From IMG/VR virus record IMGVR_UViG_3300007778_000019, positions 1 through 35,687 of that record: a DNA stretch of 35,687 nt. The stretch is one strand, 5' to 3'. Made by a program: the position numbers and the translations under genes. Positions within the stretch are counted from its first letter, which is position 1; each line of letters starts with the position of its first letter. Positions 8,372 to 21,600 of this stretch are shown here, piece by piece. The notes below the pieces were generated by a model, which had not been told where the DNA came from, searched no databases, and saw only the letters and a program-made list of their open reading frames with translations. Origin of the DNA: a virus (lineage: Duplodnaviria > Caudoviricetes).

Positions 8372-10606
8372 GTGGGGATATTTGCTGAAGATACGCTCTA
8401 TGTAGGATCGGTTAGCGTACAATCGTTATACGATATTGACGAGTACGTTAACACTAGTACTAGAGCTATCATTACAGCTATTAGAACCAATAGTAACATT
8501 GCTACAGAACTTCTTAAGGCTAGTTTAGCTAACCCAGCTAGCTCCCTTAAGAAGTTTTATACTGAATACCAACAGTTTGTTGATAGCTACGACAATATTA
8601 AAAATACTGGTATTTTCTGGCGAGATAATACATTTAGAGCCTTAGATTACAATAAAGTCACTGACTTAGTTGAATCTTTGTATCCTGTCAGTAGTCCTTT
8701 GTACACGTACGTAACTTGGTCAATTAATACTGCAGACCCAACAACAGGTAGATACCGTACAGTTACTCCTTTAGAGTATGCTAATTACACATTAGGTAAA
8801 AATAATTACTTAACCTATAAATACAGCGACACAGGCACATCTACTTTTATAGAGAATGGTGTAACCAAAAGCGTTACAAGTGCTGTTGCTTCTGGATCAA
8901 AAGTTACAGTTACCTTAACTAGCAGTGCTGGTACAGAAACCAGAACAATTACTGGCTACAATTCAACTACAACGTTTGCTGTATTTATTGCAAACTTTGC
9001 TGATGTAGCTAAAAGTACATTTGACCCAGACAAAACAACTGTACTTTACCTGTATGATTTAAACGCTAATACCCTTGGATTAAGCTTTAACCTGCAAATA
9101 GACGTAGGTGAGCTTGATACACTAGTCCCCTCGGTTACATTAAAGCGTGACGCTAAATATTTAGATGACCCAGATTACACTAATAAACTAGTGTCACTAG
9201 GTATTAACTGGGCTGCTATTGCTGGCATTACTTACAATAACGCTAGTCTTGAAACTATTACACAACAGTACAAACATTTCTTAGACATTTTTGGTTTGTC
9301 TTATGACGATGTTAAACAACAGCTTGAAGAAGCTGATGATCAAAATGGGCAAGAAACAACTATTGGTTATGCTACATTTAGAGTATGCCCTAACATTTAT
9401 TCTTCAGAGCCAGCTGTATACAAGTACATGTATGAGTTTTTTGATTACTTACGTACTAAACACATTGAACGTTTACAAGCAGAAGACGCTTTACTAAACA
9501 TCACTCGTACTTACACAGATGCAGATATTTGGTCAGATCCTTTAATTGTTTATTACAACTTAGCAGATTCAGGAACTAACAGTATTGGTGCAAGACGTAT
9601 TACTAAAACCAGTTACACTGGATCAATTGCTCAAGATTACCTTAAAACTATTAATACTACTTGGACTGATCCAACATCAACTGTTGTTGGTTACATGGAA
9701 TTAACTAAAAAAATTGATGCTAACAACTATGATGTATTACGCATTGAAGGTTTAGAATTTAAAGCAGAATTTCCATTTTATGACAGTGATACCAATACAT
9801 ATCAAGTTAATAACCAAGGCAATGTATTTCAGCTAACGTCAGATACACTATCTGAAGCTTATCGTAATGCTGTAGTACCGTTGCATATACCTACATTAAA
9901 TTTATTAAACACATTAGAACAAGAGCGATTAACTGTAGTAGGCGCATCATTTGTAGTGTTTTCACAACAAACAGTGTACTTAGAATGGTATGAGTCGGGT
10001 CAGTTCTTAGATTTCTTCCAAGCAACAGCAATCATAGTTAGCTTAGGTACAGGCATAGATGTAACTTCAACTTTTTGGGGTAATGTTGGAAATATCGCAG
10101 CACAAATATTAGTTAGTTATGGCGTTGTTAGAGCATTAGAATACGTTGCTAAAGAAATAGACAACGAATTCTTACAAGGCATATTAACAGCAGCAATTAT
10201 CTACATGTATTTCACTTATGGCTTTGGTGATAAAGCCAGTGATGCAATTAAAATTTTAACTACAGTAGATGCTGTGGGTGAAGCTTACTTTAATGTTCAA
10301 TTTGAAAGTTTACTAGATAATTGGGAATCATTTAGTGAAGAAGCTGAAGCACTACAAGCCTACTTAGAAGAATCTACTCGTGACTTACTCAACGGCGGTT
10401 TATCTAACAAAGTGCTACAAGCTATTGAGCTTTACCGTATACGTTATGAGTCTCCTGATCAATTTTATTTTAGAACACTAAACACAAACCCAGGGGTAAT
10501 TACTCTGGATTACGTTAAAAACTTTGCTAAGAGTTCTTTAGATCATACAAATGTTAAGTCATTTGAAGAGTTAGACGAAAACTTTGTAAGCGGTAGTCTT
10601 ATTTAA
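8372..10606 (+). CDS. N4 gp53-like structural protein (tail tip/plug)
   Basis: MGIF start (GTG), WYES.. followed by hydrophobic helices, C-terminal YESPDQFYFRTLNTNPG; synteny. Confidence 0.78.
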   Translation: MGIFAEDTLYVGSVSVQSLYDIDEYVNTSTRAIITAIRTNSNIATELLKASLANPASSLKKFYTEYQQFVDSYDNIKNTGIFWRDNTFRALDYNKVTDLVESLYPVSSPLYTYVTWSINTADPTTGRYRTVTPLEYANYTLGKNNYLTYKYSDTGTSTFIENGVTKSVTSAVASGSKVTVTLTSSAGTETRTITGYNSTTTFAVFIANFADVAKSTFDPDKTTVLYLYDLNANTLGLSFNLQIDVGELDTLVPSVTLKRDAKYLDDPDYTNKLVSLGINWAAIAGITYNNASLETITQQYKHFLDIFGLSYDDVKQQLEEADDQNGQETTIGYATFRVCPNIYSSEPAVYKYMYEFFDYLRTKHIERLQAEDALLNITRTYTDADIWSDPLIVYYNLADSGTNSIGARRITKTSYTGSIAQDYLKTINTTWTDPTSTVVGYMELTKKIDANNYDVLRIEGLEFKAEFPFYDSDTNTYQVNNQGNVFQLTSDTLSEAYRNAVVPLHIPTLNLLNTLEQERLTVVGASFVVFSQQTVYLEWYESGQFLDFFQATAIIVSLGTGIDVTSTFWGNVGNIAAQILVSYGVVRALEYVAKEIDNEFLQGILTAAIIYMYFTYGFGDKASDAIKILTTVDAVGEAYFNVQFESLLDNWESFSEEAEALQAYLEESTRDLLNGGLSNKVLQAIELYRIRYESPDQFYFRTLNTNPGVITLDYVKNFAKSSLDHTNVKSFEELDENFVSGSLI

Positions 10607-10658
10607 TATTTTAGCATTTAGTGCTATATTAATTTTATTATATTTATAGGTGGTTATT

Positions 10659-11171
10659 ATGATTGGTAAGAGTCCTGCTGATATATTGAAGTTAGGTGGA
10701 GGTGGCCCTGACACTAATAGTACTGATGTAGGTTGGTGGGGAGAAGGTGGCTATTTAGACATTGGTTCAAAAGCACTTAGCTCGCTGGGTAATATGTATC
10801 TTGGCTACAATACTTTAAAACTAGGTAAGCAACAACTAAGTGATTCACGTAAGCAGTTTGGTATGAACTGGGGTGCACAAGCTCAGTTGGCAAACCAAGA
10901 ACGCAGTGACAAGCTGTATGTAGATTACTTGAACCAAGGTTACAATGCTCAGCAAGCTCAGGCACTGACTAATCAAACAATGGCAACTCAAGCTATACCT
11001 TTGACTGTAGAAGGTGCTAAACAAGCTTATATGTCGCCTAGTAACGTTCCAGCACCACAAGCGTATCAAGCACCAGCACCTAGTAGTACTGCTATGAATT
11101 ATTCAGCACCTAATACTGGTAATACAGCACCTGTAGCTGAAAAATACAAAATGAATTACATCGTAGGTTAA
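10659..11171 (+). CDS. N4 gp52-like small ejection protein
   Basis: Gly-rich amphipathic segment, then LGKQQLSDSRKQFGMNWGAQ...N; no Cys. ATG at 10659 follows the AGGTGG SD. Confidence 0.8.
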   Translation: MIGKSPADILKLGGGGPDTNSTDVGWWGEGGYLDIGSKALSSLGNMYLGYNTLKLGKQQLSDSRKQFGMNWGAQAQLANQERSDKLYVDYLNQGYNAQQAQALTNQTMATQAIPLTVEGAKQAYMSPSNVPAPQAYQAPAPSSTAMNYSAPNTGNTAPVAEKYKMNYIVG

Positions 11172-11184
11172 GGGGTAATAACCA

Positions 11185-12546
11185 ATGGCTACTTGGACAC
11201 AGATTAGAAGCACACCAATTGATTTAGCTGATTATACTCAGACAGCTGGTGCTTTATTCAATAAAGCGATTACATCTGCCCAAGAAGGCATTGAAGCTCG
11301 CCGTAATAAATACATTGACGAAAATACCCGTAGTTTTATGCAACAGCTACAAGGGGTAAATACCCTTGAAGACTATGACGCTAGAAAAGGAGAGCTACAA
11401 AATCAGTTAGCAGGTTATGGTGGTTTAGTAGACGTAGAAAAAGCACAAGCTGCTTTAAACACTCGTGATGACACTATCTTTGATAACACTAAAACAGCAC
11501 AAGAACGTACTGACTATGCTGCTACACAAGCGGGTAGACCTAGTTACGAAGCATTGCAACGAGGTGTTGCTGATCTTAAAAGTGAAACTGACATTGATGC
11601 TTGGAAAAATGCTATTAACATGGCAGACATCACTGCAGCACAAGAAGCAGACTTAACTACTCGACTAACTGACCGATTACAAAGTGTACGTAATGAGCAG
11701 ACTTATCAACTTGGTGAAGGTAAACGTAAGTCTACAGACGCATTAAATACTGTTGCTGGTTTAGTACGTGATTCTTCTGGATCAGAATTAAGTGCAATGG
11801 ACATTCGTAAAATCCCTGAATGGAATTTGATGACTCCACAAGATCAATTGTCTGCACTTGGATTAGTAAGTAATGAAGCTGAAAGACGTTTCCAATCAAG
11901 TGATTTAGCACGACAACGTGGTGAAGTTATTGGAGAACGTTTTGTTGATAGTGCTATTGCAAACAATGATGGATTACGTTTATACAATGAAACAGGCGAA
12001 ATCCCTACACCACAAGTTATAGCCTCACTTGAAGACAGTATTCGTGCACAAGCTAGAGCTGCTAATGTCAATGTAACTCCTGCAATTTTAAAGCAAGGCA
12101 TTGATAAATATATGGGCGGTGTTAAATCTTCTGCACCTTATTTAGCTCGTCAAGAAGAAAACGCTAGAGCTGCAGGATGGCAAGAAGTAGATGAAAAACT
12201 AAACGTTGCTTTGGATAAATTTGATTCAGGAACCGTTGGGTTTAGTGATGATAAAGCACAAGCTAACACGTTTGTTAATACTGCTTTAACTAAAATTCAA
12301 GGCGATCCAGAGTTATCTAAAATTACCCCAACGTTAGCAACTAACTTACTGCAAGACATTTTGCGTAGAGCTAGCCAACCTGACGCTTGGACAGATACGT
12401 TTGATCAAGATGATGCAAAAACGTTATTGGATAATGCTTTAGATAGAATTAAGAAACGCAGTTCTAAAGAAAACATTAAGAGCAGTTTAATTTCACAAAT
12501 ATTAACAGAAGAAGCTATCAAAGCAGGTATAGAAGAGAAAGATTAA
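11185..12546 (+). CDS. N4 gp51-like ejection protein
   Basis: MATWTQI start resembles the family's 'TWR' N-terminus; helical, Cys-free; directly upstream of the vRNAP. Confidence 0.7.
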   Translation: MATWTQIRSTPIDLADYTQTAGALFNKAITSAQEGIEARRNKYIDENTRSFMQQLQGVNTLEDYDARKGELQNQLAGYGGLVDVEKAQAALNTRDDTIFDNTKTAQERTDYAATQAGRPSYEALQRGVADLKSETDIDAWKNAINMADITAAQEADLTTRLTDRLQSVRNEQTYQLGEGKRKSTDALNTVAGLVRDSSGSELSAMDIRKIPEWNLMTPQDQLSALGLVSNEAERRFQSSDLARQRGEVIGERFVDSAIANNDGLRLYNETGEIPTPQVIASLEDSIRAQARAANVNVTPAILKQGIDKYMGGVKSSAPYLARQEENARAAGWQEVDEKLNVALDKFDSGTVGFSDDKAQANTFVNTALTKIQGDPELSKITPTLATNLLQDILRRASQPDAWTDTFDQDDAKTLLDNALDRIKKRSSKENIKSSLISQILTEEAIKAGIEEKD

Positions 12547-12616
12547 ACAAACCCCTGATAACTAGGTAACTGCACCTTAATTATAGAAAAGATTAGCTGA
12601 ATAAAAGGCACATGTA

Positions 12617-15600
12617 ATGGCTCTAACTTTGGATAAAAATGTGGGCATTAAAAATGTGCCTGATAACAATGCAGATAAACTACTTAATTTAGCTAAGAAC
12701 AGTTTAGATAAAACTTTTGTTAATGATAACCAGGAAAAACTTCAACAGCATCTAGATAAGATTAATGCTGATTTAGAATCATCTTTAGAAACATACGCTG
12801 AAGCTGACAAGTCGTTACGTGAATACGAAGCAGCACAAGAAGATGCGTTTGTATCAAACTTAGAAGCCAATAGTGTAGCGGGTTCAGCACTGAATACTGG
12901 TGCTAGCCTATTATCTGGTGGTGTTCGTATTATAGGTGATGTATTTAGTGCACCTGCACGGCTTCAAGCTGCTGGGCTTGAAAGCAAATACGCTAAAGCT
13001 TTAGAAGCTGTAGACGTTGAACAAAAAGCTAAAGCTGAATTAGATACAATTAATTTAGAAGTATCAAAACACCAAAAATCTGGTACTTTAATTGATCTAA
13101 ACCTTCTCGAAAGACAGACCCAACTACAACAAGGCTTAACAGAAGCTACCAAGTACTTAGATGAGCAGTCTGCTATTGGAGTAGATGAATCAGTATTTAA
13201 TGCAGGTACTGGCCCTACAAACCGTCAGCAAGCTTTAGAAGCTATTAACTATCGTAAAGCAGTTGAACCACTCATTACTATTACTGAGATGGCTCAAGAA
13301 AATGCAAGTAAGCTGGTTAACCGTAACAAACAAAATGCTTTACTTGAAGAAGTACGTGTTGATGCAGAACAATCAGCTAAGTCATTCAATGAAGGTAATT
13401 ACGCAGATGCAGCTATCACAGCATTTACTGGATTTGCTAAAGGCTTAGTAAATAACCCAGGCGCAGCTACTGAACTATTTGCTGAATCTTACCCACAGAT
13501 GTTGCTGTCTGCTAAATTTGCTACTGGCAGCACAGCAGTACTGTTTGCACGTAATAATGACGATATTACTAAAGAATTTATTGAAGTTAATAAACGCAAT
13601 CCAACTGAACAAGAAAAAACTGTTATTGGTCAGTCAGCGTTAATTGCTGCTATAGCTGATGCAGCGTCAGACAAAATATTAATGCAAGGTTTACCGGCTA
13701 TTGCTGGTGCAATAGGTACTACAGCTAAAGCTGTAGGTATCCCATTAGAAATTGTAAGTAAGCCCTTTCAATCCTTGGTTCAACGCTTCCCTAAGACAGC
13801 TAAAACTGGTGAAGTTGCAGGGACTACAACCTTCCAACCAGTACAAGAATTCTTTTCTGGTGCTACTACCGAAGCAGCTACTCAATACGGTGTAAAACAA
13901 GACGCAGATAAGTTAGATACTCCTGAAATATTTACTCAAGGTATTGTAGAAGCTATTGCTGTTGGCCCTGTACAAGCAGCTAGAGGTGCTAAAGCTTTAA
14001 CACGTGAAACCGTCAAAGGTATTAACCAAGGGGCTAAAGTTCTTGTAGAACGTGCACAAGAAGATGTAGCCAATACTAGTGAACAAGCCAAAAGCTTTTA
14101 CAGTGAATTAACTTCACTAGATACTGAACTAACAGACTCTATTGAAGCACTAAAAGAAGATCAGTTAAGCCCTGAAGAATTTCAACAACAACTCAATGAC
14201 AGAGTTAAAAACATTGCTGAGCGTCAATTAGAAGCTGCACTGCAAGCTGTTGAAGATGTTGAAACCAATGAAAACTTAACATCTAAGCAAAAGCAAACTT
14301 ACGCTAAGGACATACGTGCATCATTAGAGAAAGCCAGAAGTCTTCAATTTGAGGATAACTTTGTACAAAAAGTAGGTTTTGTTCCTACTGATGACAATAT
14401 GGCTATTGCTGTTAATGAAATTATTGACGATACCTTTGGCAACACTGGTGCAATACCTGTCATCAAACGCAGGTACATGTTTGAAGTACTGCTAGATGAA
14501 TCCAGTGTAATAGACGATGACACTGTTACTCGTATTCTCGGTAGTAAAAACTTTAGCCGTAGTGAAAAACGAGCTATTACAGCTAAACAAAAGTTCAATA
14601 AACTATTAGAAGAACGAGCCAATAGCACTAACAAAACTTTTGAAGAAGTTCGTCAAGAAATATTCAAAGGAACTGACAGTACTCTAGGTGTAAAAGACTA
14701 CGAGTTAAGTATTCTACTTGGATTAACCAGTGGAAATACTGATTATGTAACTAAACAAGCTACCTTATTAAACAACTGGGTCGAAACACAAATCAATAAA
14801 GCTAGTGCTATTGATCAAGTACGTACTTACAACGAAGAAGTTCGCAGTCGAGTTACACCTGAAAACCGTATTCCATTAGCCAATGTAGAAATCACTGAGC
14901 GTGACAAAGCTGGACGTATTACTAAGTTTAAGCCACTTGGTTCAAAGACTGAATTAATCTATGACAGTCGTACTAAACGTGGTGAGAATGCTTTTGCTAA
15001 ATTGCAACGCACTGTACAAAGCGATACAGAGGCTTTGGTAACATTCCGTGATGTAATCAATGAATCTATCGCTACAACCCAAGACGTTGCTCCTGAAGCT
15101 TCACAGGAAGTCACAGAGACACCTGTACCCCCAGTAGAAATCCCTGAAGTATCTACTGAAGTTATTGATGAAAACTTTGAGCCAAATGAAGGCACTAACT
15201 CTATTGATGCTGACGACTTTGCACAATATGAAAACTATATTGATAATACTGAGCAAAACGAAGACCCAACACCTGCAATAGAAGTAGAACAGGTTATTCG
15301 TGATACTGCTTATGATGTCACTCCACCTCCTACAGGTAACATAAGCAAAGAAGCTTTATTTGAAGGTATGGAGTCACTGAGTGCTTGGATTGATCAGAAA
15401 TTTGATTACACTGTTAAGCGTGACTTACAAACAGCTATTTACAGTGTACTAGATGCTGTAAGGCGTGGTTTTGCACAACCTCACTTGGCTTTAGCTGATC
15501 CACGTGATCAAAGCATTAACTATTCTGACTTTAGAGCACTGCTACAAGTGTTTTCAGATGTAGATAGTCAAACACATGCTGAACTAGCTAAAGAAGGTTT

Positions 15601-18600
15601 TTATATCCCTAGCATTCTTGAAAAAGAATACTTAGCGGCTTATGAACAAAACCCAGATAAACCAGCTATTGAAGGTACTCTTAAAGAACGTATTGCTCGG
15701 TATGAAGATGAGTTTATCCGTGATTTAGGTGCTGTCCCTAGCATCCGTCTAGATGAATTTGTACAGAAAGGTATTACTGAAGGTAATCGTAATGCCTACA
15801 CGTACTTTTTACATGAAAAGATTCACATTGCTACTTCACGTTTTATTCAAGACAACCCGACAGATTCACGGGTTAAACGTTTAAAAGCATTATTTGAACG
15901 TGCTAAACGTATTGCAGCACAAGAACCTCAATTGTTTACTAACGCCAGTGATTACTGGCAAACCAACTTAGAAGAATTCATCGCTGAATCATTGAGTAAT
16001 CCAGAACTAATACTGGCATTAAAATCAATAACACTAACAGGAGAGAAGACTTCTAAATTAAATAACTTTTTCAAAGCGTTAATAGATACTATTGGCAATG
16101 CACTTGGATTCAGTTCATCACAAGCACAGACACTGTATGATTCAGCAGTCGCTGGATTTGCTGAAATAGCTACTGCACAAGCAGAAGTGGAAGATAGTAA
16201 ACAGACGGTGCGTAGACCTCGTACACGCAAACGTGTTCCAACGCAGCAGGAATTGATGGAACAGATTCCTATGTTTATGGAAGACAGTACGATTGTTAAC
16301 GAAGAATCTAGCTTTGAGCCTACAGCAACTGCTTTAGACGATTGGTTTAACAATACTGCACCTGCTTTTGTAGCAGCACCCCCAGAAATGACAGCATTAC
16401 CTTTTGGTATATCTGCACCTGAAGGATCTGAAACTACAGCTGAACAAATTTTAAACAAAGCAGAAGTTAATCCAACTATTGCTGAGAATATTGACGGTGA
16501 TGTTACTGTTAATAAACGTAGCTATGATCCAAAGTCTGATGTGACATTGATTACTGAAGGTAGAACCAGCAGTGTCTTAGCTCGCATTAGCAATTTCTTT
16601 GAGTCATACCGCAACAACACATTAGCTATCCCATTTGTTAGTCGTGAATCTGAAAATGGATTTAGAGTACTAGATAAGTTTGTTAAACAATTTGGTGAAG
16701 CATTTGTACCTGTGTTTGAGATTACTGACTTTAAAACAGCTAAAGGTCAGCAGTTTTCATTTTTACGTAAAATTAATAACCAGGATAAATTTAATTTAAA
16801 CCCAGCACTACATTTCTTCCACATGGTAACGTTTAAAGACAAAACAGTTACCTCACAGAGTGGGACATTTGCTTTACAAAAAGGTGCAGTAGATCCTAAC
16901 GTTATGTCAGCAATGGCCGTAGTAGCGTTTGAATGGTTAGCTACAGAAGCTAGCAACACACTGTACAACAATGATTATGCTATTCGTAAACTAATGGGTT
17001 ATAGCGATAACCAAGTTATCCCTAAATTTATTTACGAGCAATTATCTGAAGGTATGCCTAGATCACAGCTAGCAGATACTTTAGGTAAAGCATTTCTTAA
17101 GCAGTTTGATGCTAAGCTAAACCCAGAGTTAGTAGACCATTTAGCTAATGATCGTTTAGTAAAATCTATTGGTTTGCACATTATTGCTACCTTACAAAGC
17201 CAAGGATATATCAACACTAAACAAGTTAATTTAGGCAAACTAGGAGCATATGAAAATGATCCAGTGTTTGTGACTTTGGCTTACAAAGGTAAAGGACTTA
17301 ACAAACAACCTACAGCTGCTATAGAGTTATTTAGACAAAGCTATTCACCTAGCTTTTTCCAACAGATGTTTGGCATTGTACGTAAAGCTAGAGGGCCAAG
17401 CTTTAGGCCACGTAAACCATTAAAGTCTATTCACATTGGATTAAACGGTGAAGTTGGCAAAGATCGTGTAGCACTTGTTAACAAGCAACGTAGTGTGCCT
17501 TGGAACATTCGCAAAGATAAAGTACGTTTGTTAGATAAGCTAAGCCAAGGTGATGTAGCTACTGTAGACTTTGTTAAAAAGCTAATGGGTTACAACTTTG
17601 ATATTCGTAACAATACACCACTAGCTTTCCAGGAAAATGTTGAAGCTAAGAATCGTGAAATTGAGCGTGAGATTGCTCAAATTGTAGAATTCTATGAAAG
17701 CTATAAAGCTACAAATAATAAAGACTTTTACTTTGATTACGCCTTACAAGACAACATCCGTATGCGTGTTAACGGTAGTATTTTTAACTACCAAAGCACT
17801 AAGCTTGTACGTCATTTAATTTACAGCCCAGAATGGGGTGTACAAAAAGTAAGCAAGTCTGACCCAGCAGTAATGCATGGTTTACAAGAAGCTTTTGATA
17901 AACAATTTAGTTTTACTAGTGTTACTGGCTTACTACGTAATAAAGACATTAAAGCCGCATTAGCTGCATTAAAAGTAGGTAAAGTAGCTGACCCAGCTGT
18001 ACAAAATATAGTCAATGACGAATTACAATTAGATGCCTTGTACTACTTGTTGGATCATAGCCAAACCAAAGGCAAGTTAGTTACTACGCAATACGTAGTA
18101 GAAGCTGATGCTAAGACTTCAGGTATTATTCTGACTGAACGTATGTTCCCGTCAAATACACCAGAGTCTGATCAAATCTTAAGAGCAGGTGGTTTTTACA
18201 CCTTTAGTGATATACCCCAAAGCTTAGAAGAATTTGCTGCTGATAAAAGTAACCGTGATAACTATAACCGTTTAATTGATGTATGGATGCGTCATGTCAC
18301 AGGCATACTTGAAAACAACAAGAACCCTAAGTTACACCAGCTTACACATTTAATAGAGCTTAACCGTGATATAGCCAAAGTATTGGTAATGCCAGCATCT
18401 TACATGGCGGGCAACCAAGGCTTAATTGAAACACTGACTGAGCACTTCATTAAAGAATTAAGCTTTAAACTGGTAGAAGCTAAAGGCAATCCAGAACAGT
18501 ATCAATTACTGTTGGATCAAATTAATGCAGTCACTAATGGTAAGTTAACTACTGAATTGGATCTACGCACTGAGAGCTTACCTAAAGCTCTTGAGGACAA

Positions 18601-21600
18601 CTTACGTGCCCAGTTCACTACATTGTATGGATCAACGTTAGAAACAGCTCTAGAAGAGTTACAGACCCAATCTCGTGAACGAGCTAAGTTAGTTAACTTG
18701 TATACCAACATAGCTTATGCGGTATTTAAATTTAAGTTTGATAAATTCATTAATGGCATTAGCTCTAAAATTACTGAAGCCCAATTTAGAGATGAATTTC
18801 AGGCTTTCCTAGAACAAAATGCTCCTATCCTTGAGTACATTGATGCAAGTGTAAAAACTGAAGGTTACTTTGCAGCTAAAGTTGGACGTAAAAGCAGTCC
18901 AATGTTTAGCGATATTAACAATGCATCAGTTATTTTATCCGGTGGTAAACAATCAATTAGTGCTTATGTTAAGCAACTAGATTTTGATGCTCCAGGTGTT
19001 GCTGCATTTGTTAACGGTATTCAGTCACTGGATGCTGCTGGTATGGAAGGTGTGATTAAAAATCATACAGTCATGTCAGTATTTGATGCTGTACTCACTC
19101 CCCCTAGTTTGTTGACTGAAACTGTTAACACGTATGTACGAGCCATTGAAGATAACGCATCACGTTATAACATGCTGGATAACGCTGTAACGCTTATGCG
19201 TACTAGCCTTGATAGTTTGCGTACTAAAGATGACTCTGGGTTATTGAATGAATTTATTTCAACATTAAAAGATCAGCAAAAAAATAAAGCTTACAGTCGT
19301 TTAATTAAAGAACTTAAAGCAACTAAGGAACTTGATTTAACAGAAGCTACTCTTGCTGATATTGAAGCTTTGCTTGAAGCTGCACAACAAGAAGTAGACT
19401 TAAGCGAACAGGAACGTAGCACTTACAAATTACGTTTAAGCTCTGTAGATCATATGGAGTTTGCTCCAGGCAGACAAACCTATGAACTAGGCATTGAAGA
19501 CGAATTAGCCATTGATTTCACTAATGAAGAAACAGCCCAAAAAGGTCTTAAAAAGGTTGTGGATAACATTGTGGAGAACATCGACAAAGATGAAAACAAT
19601 GGTGACACACTAGGTAGTACGCCTTATAGTCGTAAAGACACATTTAATGCTCAAGAAACCCATGAGCTAAAAGCTGATAGCGTAGCTCAAGTGTATGACA
19701 ACTTAGAAGCTGTAGACCGACCTAACCGTGTCAATATCAGTGATACCCATGACTCATTGTTACGCAATGTAGTAAACACGTTAGTAGCTACTGTAATGCC
19801 AGCAATAGATGCATATGAACTTAGAGTTCGTACTATTGGTTCTAGCATTTATGCACAAATACGTCCTGACAATGTTATTGAGCTAACCAAGAACTACCGT
19901 CCTGTTAAGACTTTGGTTCAAATGTCAGCTAAAGAAGCTTACGTTCACGAATTGGCTCACTTAATCAGTAAGACAGGTATTGCTGATCCAGAAAATGCTA
20001 TTACTGTACGTAAATTAGATCAGCTAATGAGACGTGCAAAGCAAGAACTTAACAAAAAGTATGACGGTAAAGGTTGGAAGATTTTCTTACACACTGACAG
20101 TGACGGTAAGATTATTTATAAAACCAATAAAGCTGCAGAAGAAAAGGCAGCTAAAGAACAGTTTGATTACATCTTTAATAATCCAAAACTGGTACGTGTA
20201 CGTGTCAAAGTTAATGGTAAAACCCAAGACATTGATACACATGTTGGCTTACATGAGTTTGTAGCGTTTGGTTTAACCAATGAAAAGCTGAATGACTTCT
20301 TAAAAACTATTCCAGGTTACAAAATAGAAGACAATCGTGATGGTTCATTAGCAGCTGCTGTGAAATATTACTTTGATAAGATTGTATTCCGTTTAGCTCG
20401 AATGTTTGGTTCTAAAAACAACGTATCTGGCGATAAAGCGTTATATGACATGGTACTCGAATTAAATGAGTCACATCAGTTACGCTTAAACATGCTAGAC
20501 AAACTATTTGCTGGGCCAATAGACAGTCTGAACACTACTGTAGTCAATGCTTGGCGTAAGCATGTATTTGCTCCACTCAATCGTGCTAACTTGCGTAGGC
20601 TTACTTTAGAAGGTGCTGGGCCTAAAGAAGCTGTAGCTAGACTTACCTTTGGTAAATTGATTGATCCCCAAAACGCTTATTACAGTAGAGCACTCGGTGA
20701 AATGCGTAGACGCATGAATATTTCTACTGTTGGTTTTGTTCAAGAAATTGCTGCTGAAATATTTAATGCTAATTCACTGGTCTTTAAGAACGTAGAGAAA
20801 ATTTTATTACGTAGTCGTATTCTGATTGATCAACAACGTCAACGTGCTGTAGGTGCTATTACAGGCGATCTAGAAGCACAATTTGCTACGCCTATTGATA
20901 GACTTCAAGGTGAAGCATTAACTCGTGTATTTATGCGTACTGGGTTAACTGACATCTTTGGTGAAATTAACCGTAAAAACTACAAGAAAGTTATTTCTAC
21001 TTTACAAGATCCAAGTGTACGCATTAAAACAGCTGTAGCTACATTGTCAGCACTAGGCCCAATAGGTAATTTTTACATTAACCAAGCCAGAGGTTTAGGC
21101 ATCTACATGGCTAAAGGTTTAGTCACTGTTGAAGGTTTGGGTCTTAACGCTGAGCAGATTGTTCGTGCTGAAGTCGTTAAAGAAGCAGGTGGTCAAGTAC
21201 CATCAATGAATGCTGAAGAACGAGCCAAAGCTAAACAAGCTATTGATGATTTAGCTAGTTTAATTGCTATTCAAAATACTAGCCGTGATATGCGTAATAC
21301 TGCTGTAGACCTAATTAACTCTGAGTTCGAAGCTAACAAACAATTTAATGGCATTCAATTTTTCAGTGGTCAGTTAGCATTACATCGTGCAGAGTCTTTG
21401 GTTAAAAACTTCCAAGGCAATGAAATGCTCACTACCAAAGGCTACGTTAAAAATGTCTTTGATAAGTTTATGTCATTTAAAGTTTTGCCTTACCCTGTAT
21501 CAGGTGAAGACGCTATAGCATTGAAAAAAGCTGGGTACACTTATTACCAACAGTTGCCTACTGATCCTAATGATCCACTAAGTCAAACAATGGCTATGTA

